IMG/VR virus record: IMGVR_UViG_3300044712_002699
Location: 16,744 to 80,743 of that record
Strand: one strand, 5' to 3'
Source: a virus
DNA: 64,000 nucleotides
Shown: one piece after another, positions 51,014-59,242 of the stretch
How positions within the stretch are numbered: position 1 is the first letter of the stretch
How the letters are laid out: each line of letters begins with the position of its first letter
Translations under genes and position numbers: made by a program
Notes under the pieces: model-generated
Databases searched by the model: none
Told to the model about the DNA's origin: nothing
The model's input: the letters and a program-made list of their open reading frames with translations, nothing else

Positions 51014-51502
51014 TTAGATACCTAGAGACCGCTCATAGGGGTCTATTTGTCCTCCATGTACATATTTTCCGTTATTTAACAGAACTACCGCTCCCATGTC
51101 TTTAAGTAGTCCCCACGAAATAGCACTAACTTCTTTATATAATCTGCTGTTAATCTTGTTATCTGCTAGATATCTTGACATAAGACCCGTTGCAATACCC
51201 AAACCGGAGATTATTCTGCCGCCGCCGTGAGATTGACCCGTCAGGGCTAGTAGTATTATGCCCGCGACTGTCCCTGCTATAACTCCTCCAAGCATCATTG
51301 AAAATTTCACCAGGGACGGGTGTTTATTAACAAAAGAAGGATTGTCTAAGATATAGATATTTGCGACTCGAACAACCTCATCGTTTGATATGAGATGCTT
51401 GTAGACGACTCGCTGACCCACCCTAAGATTTTCCGTGTTATTCCTATGTCGATCCCACAGTGCTTCGTCACATTCTTTGATGATTTCTTTCGCAGTAGTC
51501 AT
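51014..51502 (-). CDS. Hypothetical protein with the shared leader and two hydrophobic segments
   Basis: MTTAKEIIKECDE|A; MMLGGVIAGTVAGIILLAL and IISGLGIATGLM. Confidence 0.7.
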   Translation of the reverse strand: MTTAKEIIKECDEALWDRHRNNTENLRVGQRVVYKHLISNDEVVRVANIYILDNPSFVNKHPSLVKFSMMLGGVIAGTVAGIILLALTGQSHGGGRIISGLGIATGLMSRYLADNKINSRLYKEVSAISWGLLKDMGAVVLLNNGKYVHGGQIDPYERSLGI

Positions 51503-51510
51503 TTCTAACC

Positions 51511-52035
51511 CTAGAGTTTATAGAACTGACGACTCAGCCTATCAATAGTTGGAATTGTCTGAGTAGATGGAGTAATTTCTTTACGAGTATCTTTAGCCAA
51601 CTCAGCCTTTTTCTTGTCTTGATTAATAGATTTGGTTCCTATTTTTATTGACACTGACTGAACCTCTTTTGCACTTGTGTTATCTTCCCCTTCAATATCT
51701 ACCGGGGGATATCCAGTGCCGTCCGGCTGCACCCAACTCCGAGGAAAGTTTATACTCTTAACATCTTCATAGGACATTATCTTCTGGAATTTCTCTTTAA
51801 GAGATTCAAATGCTGCCTTTGCTTTCTTTTCATCATCAAAGAACTTAACTTCTTTTCCACTCGATCCGGTTGTATAGTATGTTCCAGTAATCTCTTTGCC
51901 TTTCGTGAATTTAAGTTCAATAGCCCAGGCGGGAGCCTTAGAATAAGAAAGTAGACTTAACTTAGCCTCACCTTTAACAAGGCCAATGTCCTTCGCTTCA
52001 TTGAGATAGGTTAAGATTTGTTTTGCTGTTACCAT
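51511..52035 (-). CDS. Hypothetical protein with the shared leader
   Basis: MVTAKQILTYLNE|A. Confidence 0.7.
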   Translation of the reverse strand: MVTAKQILTYLNEAKDIGLVKGEAKLSLLSYSKAPAWAIELKFTKGKEITGTYYTTGSSGKEVKFFDDEKKAKAAFESLKEKFQKIMSYEDVKSINFPRSWVQPDGTGYPPVDIEGEDNTSAKEVQSVSIKIGTKSINQDKKKAELAKDTRKEITPSTQTIPTIDRLSRQFYKL

Positions 52036-52037
52036 AG

Positions 52038-52454
52038 TTAATACAGGTCAAAAAGATTTTCTGTGCGCCTAAGTCCGCGTATGAAAGACGCTAGTTTAGG
52101 AAAAGTCTGGTCAAGGGCTGGATAATAGTTAGGATGTTCGGACTCCGTGGTATACATCTTATCACTGGCGTTTACCGTTCCTAAGACGTAAAAACCGCTT
52201 CCGCTGCCTTCAAATCGGTCATGAGTAGCCCGGTAGGCACACCAGACCTTCAACACGTCTTTCCTCGGATCATAAAGAAACCGTAGTAACGGATCCTTCT
52301 TGAACTCTAGTACTGGGTCTCGAATATCGTCTTTGAGATCAACTAGGGCTTGGGATAGTGAAGAGGGGTCTCTACTGTAAAGAACTGGCCTGGGGCCGTA
52401 AGAAATGTCTGCAGACTCTTGGATACAAGAGAGGATGTATCTAGCACTAATCAT
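52038..52454 (-). CDS. Hypothetical protein with the shared leader; tandem paralog of 52451..52888
   Basis: MISARYILSCIQE|S; DPSS...DLKDDIRDP...RFLY...WCA..A.H. Confidence 0.75.
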   Translation of the reverse strand: MISARYILSCIQESADISYGPRPVLYSRDPSSLSQALVDLKDDIRDPVLEFKKDPLLRFLYDPRKDVLKVWCAYRATHDRFEGSGSGFYVLGTVNASDKMYTTESEHPNYYPALDQTFPKLASFIRGLRRTENLFDLY

Positions 52455-52888
52455 CGAAACCTCACGTCTCCATACTGTGCTACCCGCTTTAGACCTGACT
52501 CGAATCGAACGAGTCTCGGGTATAATGAATCCATCGAAGGGTTATAGTTTGTATCAAATGATTGTGTAAAAAATACTCTTCTCGATGCGTCTATCGTGCC
52601 AAGTATGTCTGCCCTTGACTGTGAAAAATCTCTATGTATAGCCTTCGCAGCACACCAAGCCGTGAGTTTGTCGGAATCCTTGTTGTAGAGAAACCTAATC
52701 AGCGGCTCTTGCCGAAAATTGACGTCAGGGTCGCGTATGTCATCTTTGAGGTCGCGCATTACTTCTGAGAAAGAAGAGGGGTCGTCGCTAATAGAAATAG
52801 GCCCCTTTTTAGGGTCTACCCGTGCAATCGCCCACTCCTCAGAGAATAGATCCAAAATCTTATCTAGTAGTGTTCTGGCTGTTATCAT
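52451..52888 (-). CDS. Hypothetical protein with the shared leader; tandem paralog of 52038..52454
   Basis: Start MITARTLL at 52888 (TAATG coupling). Same DLKDDIRDP core. Confidence 0.75.
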   Translation of the reverse strand: MITARTLLDKILDLFSEEWAIARVDPKKGPISISDDPSSFSEVMRDLKDDIRDPDVNFRQEPLIRFLYNKDSDKLTAWCAAKAIHRDFSQSRADILGTIDASRRVFFTQSFDTNYNPSMDSLYPRLVRFESGLKRVAQYGDVRFR

Positions 52889-53382
52889 TATGCTGACCAA
52901 AAACTAATTGAGTCTTCAGGAAAATCACCGCTTACCAATTTAAACATTTGTTCCTCGATTTCGGGGTTCGGAAAATCAGTGATTCGGATCACCGTTTTTA
53001 CCTCATTCAATTCCCCGAAAAAGATTAGGCTCGCCTTTTTTCTGTCGGAACTCTGCTGAATTAAGACCCCCTCACTTTCTTTTATAAGCCTTGGTAGAGT
53101 CGTAAAAAATGTATCGTGTTCTACTCGATGGTTAAGAAACTCAGTTAGTTCAGGAAAATACTCTAGGGCTCTATTGGCTTGTTTAGGAAGAAAATAAGCC
53201 CTCTCTGAGAGGAGCCCCATACCTAGAATATTTAATAAGGCCCTGACACTTCCTAAACCCCCTATCACTGCCCCTGTAGGTGTAACAGAGAGACCGGCAA
53301 GTTCTGCCAGTTTGGTCATACCCGCCAATCCTAGGGCCTCATCTATTTTATAAAGTATGCTTTGAGCCGTTATCATCTTCAT
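52888..53382 (-). CDS. Hypothetical protein with the shared leader and a Gly/hydrophobic segment
   Basis: (MK)MITAQSILYKIDE|ALGLAG...GAVIGGLG. Confidence 0.7.
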   Translation of the reverse strand: MKMITAQSILYKIDEALGLAGMTKLAELAGLSVTPTGAVIGGLGSVRALLNILGMGLLSERAYFLPKQANRALEYFPELTEFLNHRVEHDTFFTTLPRLIKESEGVLIQQSSDRKKASLIFFGELNEVKTVIRITDFPNPEIEEQMFKLVSGDFPEDSISFWSA

Positions 53383-54221
53383 TACCCGCGTAGTCTTTTT
53401 CTAACGTAGTGCGTTGGAGCCCCGGGTCTTAACATATGGATAGATCCAAAACTTACTGCATCTGCTCCCATCATAAAGGCTCGATGAATGTCTTCGTAGC
53501 ACCAAATATCAGGGAGTATTAGTGGGACCTTAGAGTCGTTAATAATTTGACGAGCAGCCTTCCAGTTAACCTCCTGTGCCGCTTGGCCTGAGACTCCTCC
53601 TCCACCTAAGTGTTGAAGTGGAGATTTCTTATTAGGAAAAACAAGAGACCACGGAACAGAATTGAGAGTAACAGCGTCTAGGCTATTAGCAACTTTGGGG
53701 ATAAGATACACCTGTTCAGAGTTGAATTTTCCAATCAACCCACAACTTGCTCCGATCATTTTTCTAACTGATTCGCAAGTCTCTACAATTTCTTCAGGCT
53801 CATTCTTTTTGAACGTGGGGCAAGAAAAATTTAGTTCAATCCCATCAAGTGGAAAACCTCTTGTCCGGCCCACCATCATTCGAATCTCGTACATACTTCC
53901 TGCTAAACTTATAACTAGAGGCGGTTTTTTCCTACTCCCATTCAAAAATCCTTCGGGAAAATTTCTCATCCACCTGTCTATACCTGGATTAGGGAGACCT
54001 AAAGCGTTTACAACTCCGCCGCGTATCAATCTTACTGCTGAGAGGTTTCCTGTCTTAGGCTCTAGAGTTAGCGTTTTTGAAACTACGAGGAAGAGGTTAG
54101 GATTGATTAGTCCGCACCAAACTAGAGGGCGCTCCCAAGGCCATCCTTGTCCATAAAACCCCAGAGCGCCGGAAGCAACAACAAATTCGAATTCAAGACC
54201 ATTGGGGAAACGTATCATCAC
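53382..54221 (-). CDS. pyrD: Dihydroorotate dehydrogenase-like FMN enzyme (class 1)
   Basis: VVASG, SKTLT, NALGLPNPG, ELNFSCP (catalytic Cys), GGGVSG, GADAVSFGS. Confidence 0.8.
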   Translation of the reverse strand: MMIRFPNGLEFEFVVASGALGFYGQGWPWERPLVWCGLINPNLFLVVSKTLTLEPKTGNLSAVRLIRGGVVNALGLPNPGIDRWMRNFPEGFLNGSRKKPPLVISLAGSMYEIRMMVGRTRGFPLDGIELNFSCPTFKKNEPEEIVETCESVRKMIGASCGLIGKFNSEQVYLIPKVANSLDAVTLNSVPWSLVFPNKKSPLQHLGGGGVSGQAAQEVNWKAARQIINDSKVPLILPDIWCYEDIHRAFMMGADAVSFGSIHMLRPGAPTHYVRKRLRG

Positions 54222-54502
54222 TACTTACCTTCAAGTAGTTTCTTTATTTCCTCGTCGGTATATCCACTCTTTTTCAAAACCTTTGTCAATTTCTTGTCGT
54301 CATAACCATTTTTTCGGAGAACCTCTATGGCTTCTTTCTTAGTCATCCCGCCCATCACACTAGCTCCCGCATCACTATAAGAAAGAGTTTTGAGGGCTAT
54401 ATTCATCTGATGTTTTGCGGGAACATCTTTTGCTTCACAGAAAGGCTTCCCCTGGACAAATCCTATTTCCCTCAACAGTTTTGTCGCTCTGCTCTCATTC
54501 AT
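54221..54502 (-). CDS. Small basic hypothetical protein with a leader-like N-terminus
   Basis: Start MNESRATKLLRE at 54502 with GAGGG RBS; FCE|A. Confidence 0.6.
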   Translation of the reverse strand: MNESRATKLLREIGFVQGKPFCEAKDVPAKHQMNIALKTLSYSDAGASVMGGMTKKEAIEVLRKNGYDDKKLTKVLKKSGYTDEEIKKLLEGK

Positions 54503-54785
54503 TTCCCTCTTCGCCTCCGCCCCCAGCAAGTTTTTTCATAATGGTATTCGAGTCCTGTCCGTGCCAGTCATAACCAAGTTCGCTGCTCAAGTAAGATGAT
54601 GCTTCAGATTCGGAATCAGGAGTAGGAGTAAACGATCTTTGACTCAATTCTTGCCTACGCTTCATCAAATTACCCATGTGGCTGTGGGGTAATTTATCAT
54701 TATAATTTTTACCGACTTGTGGGAGTTCGTGAGTCGGTTCGATAGGTTCTTCTGTACCTAAGAGTCGATCCAATGTGCTAGACAT
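54495..54785 (-). CDS. Hypothetical protein
   Basis: 96 aa with AAAGGAG RBS. Confidence 0.6.
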   Translation of the reverse strand: MSSTLDRLLGTEEPIEPTHELPQVGKNYNDKLPHSHMGNLMKRRQELSQRSFTPTPDSESEASSYLSSELGYDWHGQDSNTIMKKLAGGGGEEGNE

Positions 54786-54885
54786 ATTTGTCTCCTTTAA
54801 TAGTTAATATCCCGATTGTTGTAAGTAGGATTCCTATTTCACGTAGGAAAAACGGTGGGAGAGACTTTTTTAGAGCAGATGGGGC

Positions 54886-55275
54886 TTATTCGTCTTTAAG
54901 ACTTCTCCATATCTCATCATTTGGATAGGATATCCCTTCCGCCCCTCTTTCTTTTGCATCTCGTAAAAGCCTCCCATACGCAAAGAGAACCTCAGCAAGA
55001 GAGGGGTAATCATTGAGTAGTGAGTAGCCAAAATCTTTGTTATTGTCGTCCCTGGATACTCTCAGAACGATTCTGCACCCAGGCTCTACTGGTATTTTTT
55101 CAAGGACAAGATAATAAGCGTAACCATTCCGATCCGACCATTCAAAATAACTCTCATTGTCGAGCGAAAGGTGGCTACCTGGGTTCAAGACTTCCGTTCC
55201 CCTCACAAAAGAGGAGTACCTGTCGTCTCCAAGGGCTTCTACAATCTGCTCGATTATTTGGTTAGAAGTGATCAT
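54886..55275 (-). CDS. Hypothetical protein with the shared leader
   Basis: MITSNQIIEQIVE|A. Confidence 0.7.
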   Translation of the reverse strand: MITSNQIIEQIVEALGDDRYSSFVRGTEVLNPGSHLSLDNESYFEWSDRNGYAYYLVLEKIPVEPGCRIVLRVSRDDNNKDFGYSLLNDYPSLAEVLFAYGRLLRDAKERGAEGISYPNDEIWRSLKDE

Positions 55276-55278
55276 AGT

Positions 55279-55800
55279 TTAGAAATCCACCGCCAAATAG
55301 GTCACGTCTATTATATACTGACCAGGTCCTACCACTGTGCGTTGTTGAAAAAATTCGTTAATGCCACCCGGTTGATCGAAGAAACTTCTGACTTGTTTTG
55401 CTGTGTCTAGAAATGTTTGGCCCTTGAAGGATATGAAACCACCTGTGCCACCCATATCTTCCGCAGAAGAATACCATACGTCTAAGAGATGTTCCGATGG
55501 ACTCAACACATCTCTATTAGAATAGCAAAGACCAGTCCCGCCCGGGAAAGCGTTCTCCAAGAAAGAGAGCGCACTCGAAGTAATATAATCGGATGAAGGC
55601 CCGAAAAAAGAGGTATAATAGGTTCTAAATCCGATATCTTCAGCCCGATAGTACCACGCCTCCACAAAATGCTGCATCGGGCCTGCCTGAGCACGACTGA
55701 AGTCTTGAATACATATCTCATTCTCTTGGAAAAGACTAGATAGATTCTCCACCAAGTCTAGATCAGATTTACCTGTAAAAAGGGAGTAGTAGCATTTCAT
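55279..55800 (-). CDS. Hypothetical protein with an internal duplication
   Basis: QHFVEAWYYRAEDIG and EHLLDVWYSSAEDMG. Confidence 0.65.
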   Translation of the reverse strand: MKCYYSLFTGKSDLDLVENLSSLFQENEICIQDFSRAQAGPMQHFVEAWYYRAEDIGFRTYYTSFFGPSSDYITSSALSFLENAFPGGTGLCYSNRDVLSPSEHLLDVWYSSAEDMGGTGGFISFKGQTFLDTAKQVRSFFDQPGGINEFFQQRTVVGPGQYIIDVTYLAVDF

Positions 55801-55817
55801 AAAGAAGTCCTACTTGA

Positions 55818-56126
55818 TTACGGCAAGGCATCCTGAAGGAGTTGCTTTAGGGCTGAAATTTGTGTGGTATGTCTACGGGATAACTGGTCTTGAATAGACG
55901 AAACAAGATCAGCAAGTCCTGATCCCGTCTCGGCAATTAAGTCGCTGTCTTGTATAACTTGCAATCTGTCAGCACCTCCAACTGATCCAAAAAATTTGAA
56001 GATGTAAGTGCTATTAAAGCCTGCTACGTATTTAAGATTAGGCATTAAGTCTGCTGGTGTTGGAGATGCCCAGACAAGAATATCCTGATTAGTAGCTTCT
56101 ACAAAAACTGCAATAATATCTTCCAA
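55818..56126 (-). CDS. Hypothetical protein
   Basis: 102 aa, TTG start with AGGAG RBS. Confidence 0.55.
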   Translation of the reverse strand: MEDIIAVFVEATNQDILVWASPTPADLMPNLKYVAGFNSTYIFKFFGSVGGADRLQVIQDSDLIAETGSGLADLVSSIQDQLSRRHTTQISALKQLLQDALP

Positions 56127-56137
56127 GGGAGAATCTC

Positions 56138-56764
56138 CTAAATGTCGTAAGGGATAGCGTCCCAGTCTACCGGAAAGCCAATCTCGGAAAGACCGCCTGT
56201 TTGAGCCCTATCGGCTAAAGTACCAAATTCTTGGTATTGTTTTGAGAACTCAACCCTAAATGACCTTCTGTGGACGTATACCCTAACATCTGCTTGGTTA
56301 AATCTATGCCCAAACTTGATTTTGTTATCCCGGCGGTTTTCGGGTCTGCTCTTTATTCCTTTAGTAATTATTAGTCTAATCCCAGGAGGCGGAGTGTAGG
56401 TTTGCTGCGTAAAACCAAACATCCAGTTATCGACTTCCGTTAGGGTTAGAAGGCATTTTGATTCCTTACCCTCAATTACTTCATACCAAGAACAGTCCCC
56501 TAGATACGGATCAAAGTGATAATTCCATATCTCTTTTGTCTCAACCTCGTGAGATTGAGTCTTATCATCTGCTAAATCAATTTTATCAGGAACTTCAGAC
56601 GGGACAAAATCCGTACCGTCGTTTTTTGATAGGAGGTCAAGTTCCTTTTTCTTTTTGATTTTTCTCAAAGCAGTCGCCCCAGCTATTGCACGAGGAACGA
56701 CCTTAGACCCTGACAGGGCTTCAAATATATCTCTCGCAGTAATTATTTTGTCTCGATCTGACAT
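56138..56764 (-). CDS. Hypothetical protein with the shared leader, offset by six residues
   Basis: MSDRDKIITARDIFE|A. Confidence 0.7.
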   Translation of the reverse strand: MSDRDKIITARDIFEALSGSKVVPRAIAGATALRKIKKKKELDLLSKNDGTDFVPSEVPDKIDLADDKTQSHEVETKEIWNYHFDPYLGDCSWYEVIEGKESKCLLTLTEVDNWMFGFTQQTYTPPPGIRLIITKGIKSRPENRRDNKIKFGHRFNQADVRVYVHRRSFRVEFSKQYQEFGTLADRAQTGGLSEIGFPVDWDAIPYDI

Positions 56765-56794
56765 TATGCCAAGACTCCAGGGAGTGATAATAGA

Positions 56795-57208
56795 CTAACC
56801 GGTTGTATCCCAAAAGGGAGTAGCCGATGGGTTAGGCCCACCCTGATTACAAATCTTGGCTATTTCCGGCCATCGAAGCTGACATTCAAAGTCTTTGTCG
56901 GGGTTAGCCTTCAAAAAGTCTATCCAATTCTCGTAACCCTCAGGAGAAAGTTTCGGGATTCCGAGAAACTTGTCGGTCGGCCCAAACAGTTTCATGTAGG
57001 CTTCGAGTTTCCAGCCCTCAAGAGCGGCAGGGGTCGTGAAGGTACGCATTCCTGTCTTGAATACAAAATTATTGTTCTCAGAATCATATCTACAATAGCC
57101 TGGAATACTTCTCCCTGACAGAAAAGACTCACTCATTACAGACTCGAGTTCTTCGGTGAGGGTTTCTGCTTTACTCTTAGGCCCTATGGGGATTCTAATT
57201 TTTGGCAT
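56795..57208 (-). CDS. Hypothetical protein
   Basis: 137 aa with AGGAG RBS; ...SKAETLTEELESVMSE|S. Confidence 0.65.
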   Translation of the reverse strand: MPKIRIPIGPKSKAETLTEELESVMSESFLSGRSIPGYCRYDSENNNFVFKTGMRTFTTPAALEGWKLEAYMKLFGPTDKFLGIPKLSPEGYENWIDFLKANPDKDFECQLRWPEIAKICNQGGPNPSATPFWDTTG

Positions 57209-57278
57209 AACAAACTGCTCCTATGAATTGTCATAGATTTCCAAAAGAAAAACAAAAGGAGCAGATAAATTGGGTGTG

Positions 57279-58124
57279 CTATAATTCGGAAAGAATCCAG
57301 GGGCCGTCTTCGGTTATTGCTACGGAGTGTTCAAAATGTGCGCTAAGTGATCCATCCTTAGTAACTATTGTCTGACCTCGATGCGAAATCTTCCAGGTAC
57401 CCGCATTAACCATTGGCTCAAGAGCAAGAACCATTCCAGGTACAAGCTGAACCTTATTGTTAGTCGAGGAAAAGTAATTGTGGAGCGACGGGGGTTCGTG
57501 AATTTTTCTTCCAATTCCATGACCGGTGTAATCCCGGACTAAACTAAAACCCCCTGCCTCAGCGCAATCCTGAACAGACCTCGATATGTCGGCCAAAGAA
57601 TTTCCAGGCACCATTTTAGCAATTCCTGCATAAAGAGCAGATCGAGTAGTTTCTATGAGACGCGTCGCTAGGTCTGAAACTCTTCCTACCGGATAGGTTC
57701 TCGCAGTATCTGCCTTCCAACCCTTATAGTCAATACAAAGGTCAATACCAACAATATCACCCTCTACCAGCACCTGTTTTTTAGGGATTCCATGACCAAC
57801 CTCTTCGTTGACTGAGGCACAAACTACCGCGGGCCAAGGACAACCTCCCACGGGATACCCTAGCATGGCGGAGGTTCCTTCAGAGAGATGGATTCGCTTC
57901 TCCACTTCTCGATTTATGTCTTCTGTGGTTATTCCCGGAACAATAAATTTCTCTAAGTGTTGCAGAATGGCAGCGGCGATGAGGTTTGCTTGCCTCATCA
58001 ATAGGAGATCCTCCCTAGATTTCAGAGTAATCCCTAAGTATTCAAGATCAGATACGACAAACAAATCATCACCGTCTTCATGAATCCACACAAAATCAAA
58101 TGTTTCTGGATCTTCAATCTTCAT
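57279..58124 (-). CDS. map: Type I methionine aminopeptidase
   Basis: CASVNEEVGHGIP, GDIVGID...ADTART, GHGIG..IHEPP, ALEPMVN, SAHFEHSV metal ligands. Confidence 0.95.
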   Translation of the reverse strand: MKIEDPETFDFVWIHEDGDDLFVVSDLEYLGITLKSREDLLLMRQANLIAAAILQHLEKFIVPGITTEDINREVEKRIHLSEGTSAMLGYPVGGCPWPAVVCASVNEEVGHGIPKKQVLVEGDIVGIDLCIDYKGWKADTARTYPVGRVSDLATRLIETTRSALYAGIAKMVPGNSLADISRSVQDCAEAGGFSLVRDYTGHGIGRKIHEPPSLHNYFSSTNNKVQLVPGMVLALEPMVNAGTWKISHRGQTIVTKDGSLSAHFEHSVAITEDGPWILSEL

Positions 58125-58326
58125 CGCTACCTTCAAAATCTCCGCGCCAGAAATTCGGAGAAAATATCTGGACGGAAGTTAGGCGCGTAGAAGATGAAGA
58201 AACAGGAACAATTTTGTTCCGGACAAGAAACTGTATAAGCCTCTCCCTGTCTTCCTCACGCCTTTCAGCAGACAATTCATCAGACGGGGTACAGAATCCG
58301 ATCTGAGCATCTATTAGGCGGTTCAT
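58114..58326 (-). CDS. Small hypothetical protein
   Basis: 70 aa, coupled to its neighbours. Confidence 0.45.
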   Translation of the reverse strand: MNRLIDAQIGFCTPSDELSAERREEDRERLIQFLVRNKIVPVSSSSTRLTSVQIFSPNFWRGDFEGSDED

Positions 58327-58682
58327 GATGCTTTTTTCCTCTGTTTCCTATCCTTAATGCCTTCGAGAAAAGAGCCCATTATCTGTGCCTCCCGGCCACG
58401 TTCATGGACTTGTAGGTAGCAATTGTACGATCCGAGAGAGGCACCGGTTTCTCGGTCCTGGCTTTCCTTATAGACAACCTGGAGCCGAGTCGCTGTACCT
58501 TCATAGGCCAGGAGCGGTTTCAAGCAAGACAGAACGGAATCGATGAACTCCTTCGTTCCAGTGATGCGGATACCATCCTCCGCATAGGTAGATCCGCTGT
58601 GTTTATACGGAACCGGCGTTACTCTCAGCGGCTGGTTTTCGGGGAGACCTTTCCAGTGTTCAAGCATTTCATCTTTTTTCAT
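58323..58682 (-). CDS. Hypothetical phage protein
   Basis: GGAGG RBS before MKKDE; YAEDGIRITGTKEFIDSVLS. Confidence 0.7.
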   Translation of the reverse strand: MKKDEMLEHWKGLPENQPLRVTPVPYKHSGSTYAEDGIRITGTKEFIDSVLSCLKPLLAYEGTATRLQVVYKESQDRETGASLGSYNCYLQVHERGREAQIMGSFLEGIKDRKQRKKAS

Positions 58683-58725
58683 CTTATCCTCCAAGTCTTA
58701 AGAAAAAATCACGCAGCGTCTTGTG

Positions 58726-59241
58726 TTACTCATCTTCATCATACTCTTCGTCTTCTTCGTACTCAAGTCTCGTGAAACATTCACAGCAGACCGGGTCTCC
58801 CGCAACCCATGTAATTCCACCCTCTGAGTGATAGTCTTCTTCGAGATAGAACGTCTGACTGGGGTCGATAAGTTCTATCCCGCAGACCTTACACGGGAAA
58901 GTGAACCACTCAATGTCGTTCTGTTCTGCCAATTTGAGTAGACCCTGAACATAGGAGCCAGGAATGTCTTCTTTGAAGTCTGTTACAAAATGTATCTCGC
59001 CTAGGTTGAGAAGCACTTCTCGATTGCTGTCCGTCTCTTTCCACTTATAATTCCCGTAGTGTCTCGGATCGTTGGCCCAGATAATTTTGCCGCGATCAAT
59101 AAGGGCAACAACCCATAACCAGAAACAGCCATCATAAGGGCTCCAAGCCTTAGCCTTCAAGATGGAACCGTCGTGTTTTCCTTGAGCGATTTCTCGCAGG
59201 ATAAGGCCGACTTGCTTTGGGTTAGTTTCATATTTGCTCAT
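58726..59241 (-). CDS. Hypothetical protein with a C-terminal CxxC...CxxC zinc motif and acidic tail
   Basis: Start MSKYETN with GGAG RBS; CKVC...CCEC. Confidence 0.65.
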   Translation of the reverse strand: MSKYETNPKQVGLILREIAQGKHDGSILKAKAWSPYDGCFWLWVVALIDRGKIIWANDPRHYGNYKWKETDSNREVLLNLGEIHFVTDFKEDIPGSYVQGLLKLAEQNDIEWFTFPCKVCGIELIDPSQTFYLEEDYHSEGGITWVAGDPVCCECFTRLEYEEDEEYDEDE

Positions 59242-59242
59242 G

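Noticed and set aside
54810-54860. Small intergenic stem-loop (TTCCTA-N7-TAGGAA within an imperfect outer stem)
   Set aside because: Weak single occurrence. I cannot tell a regulatory element from chance.
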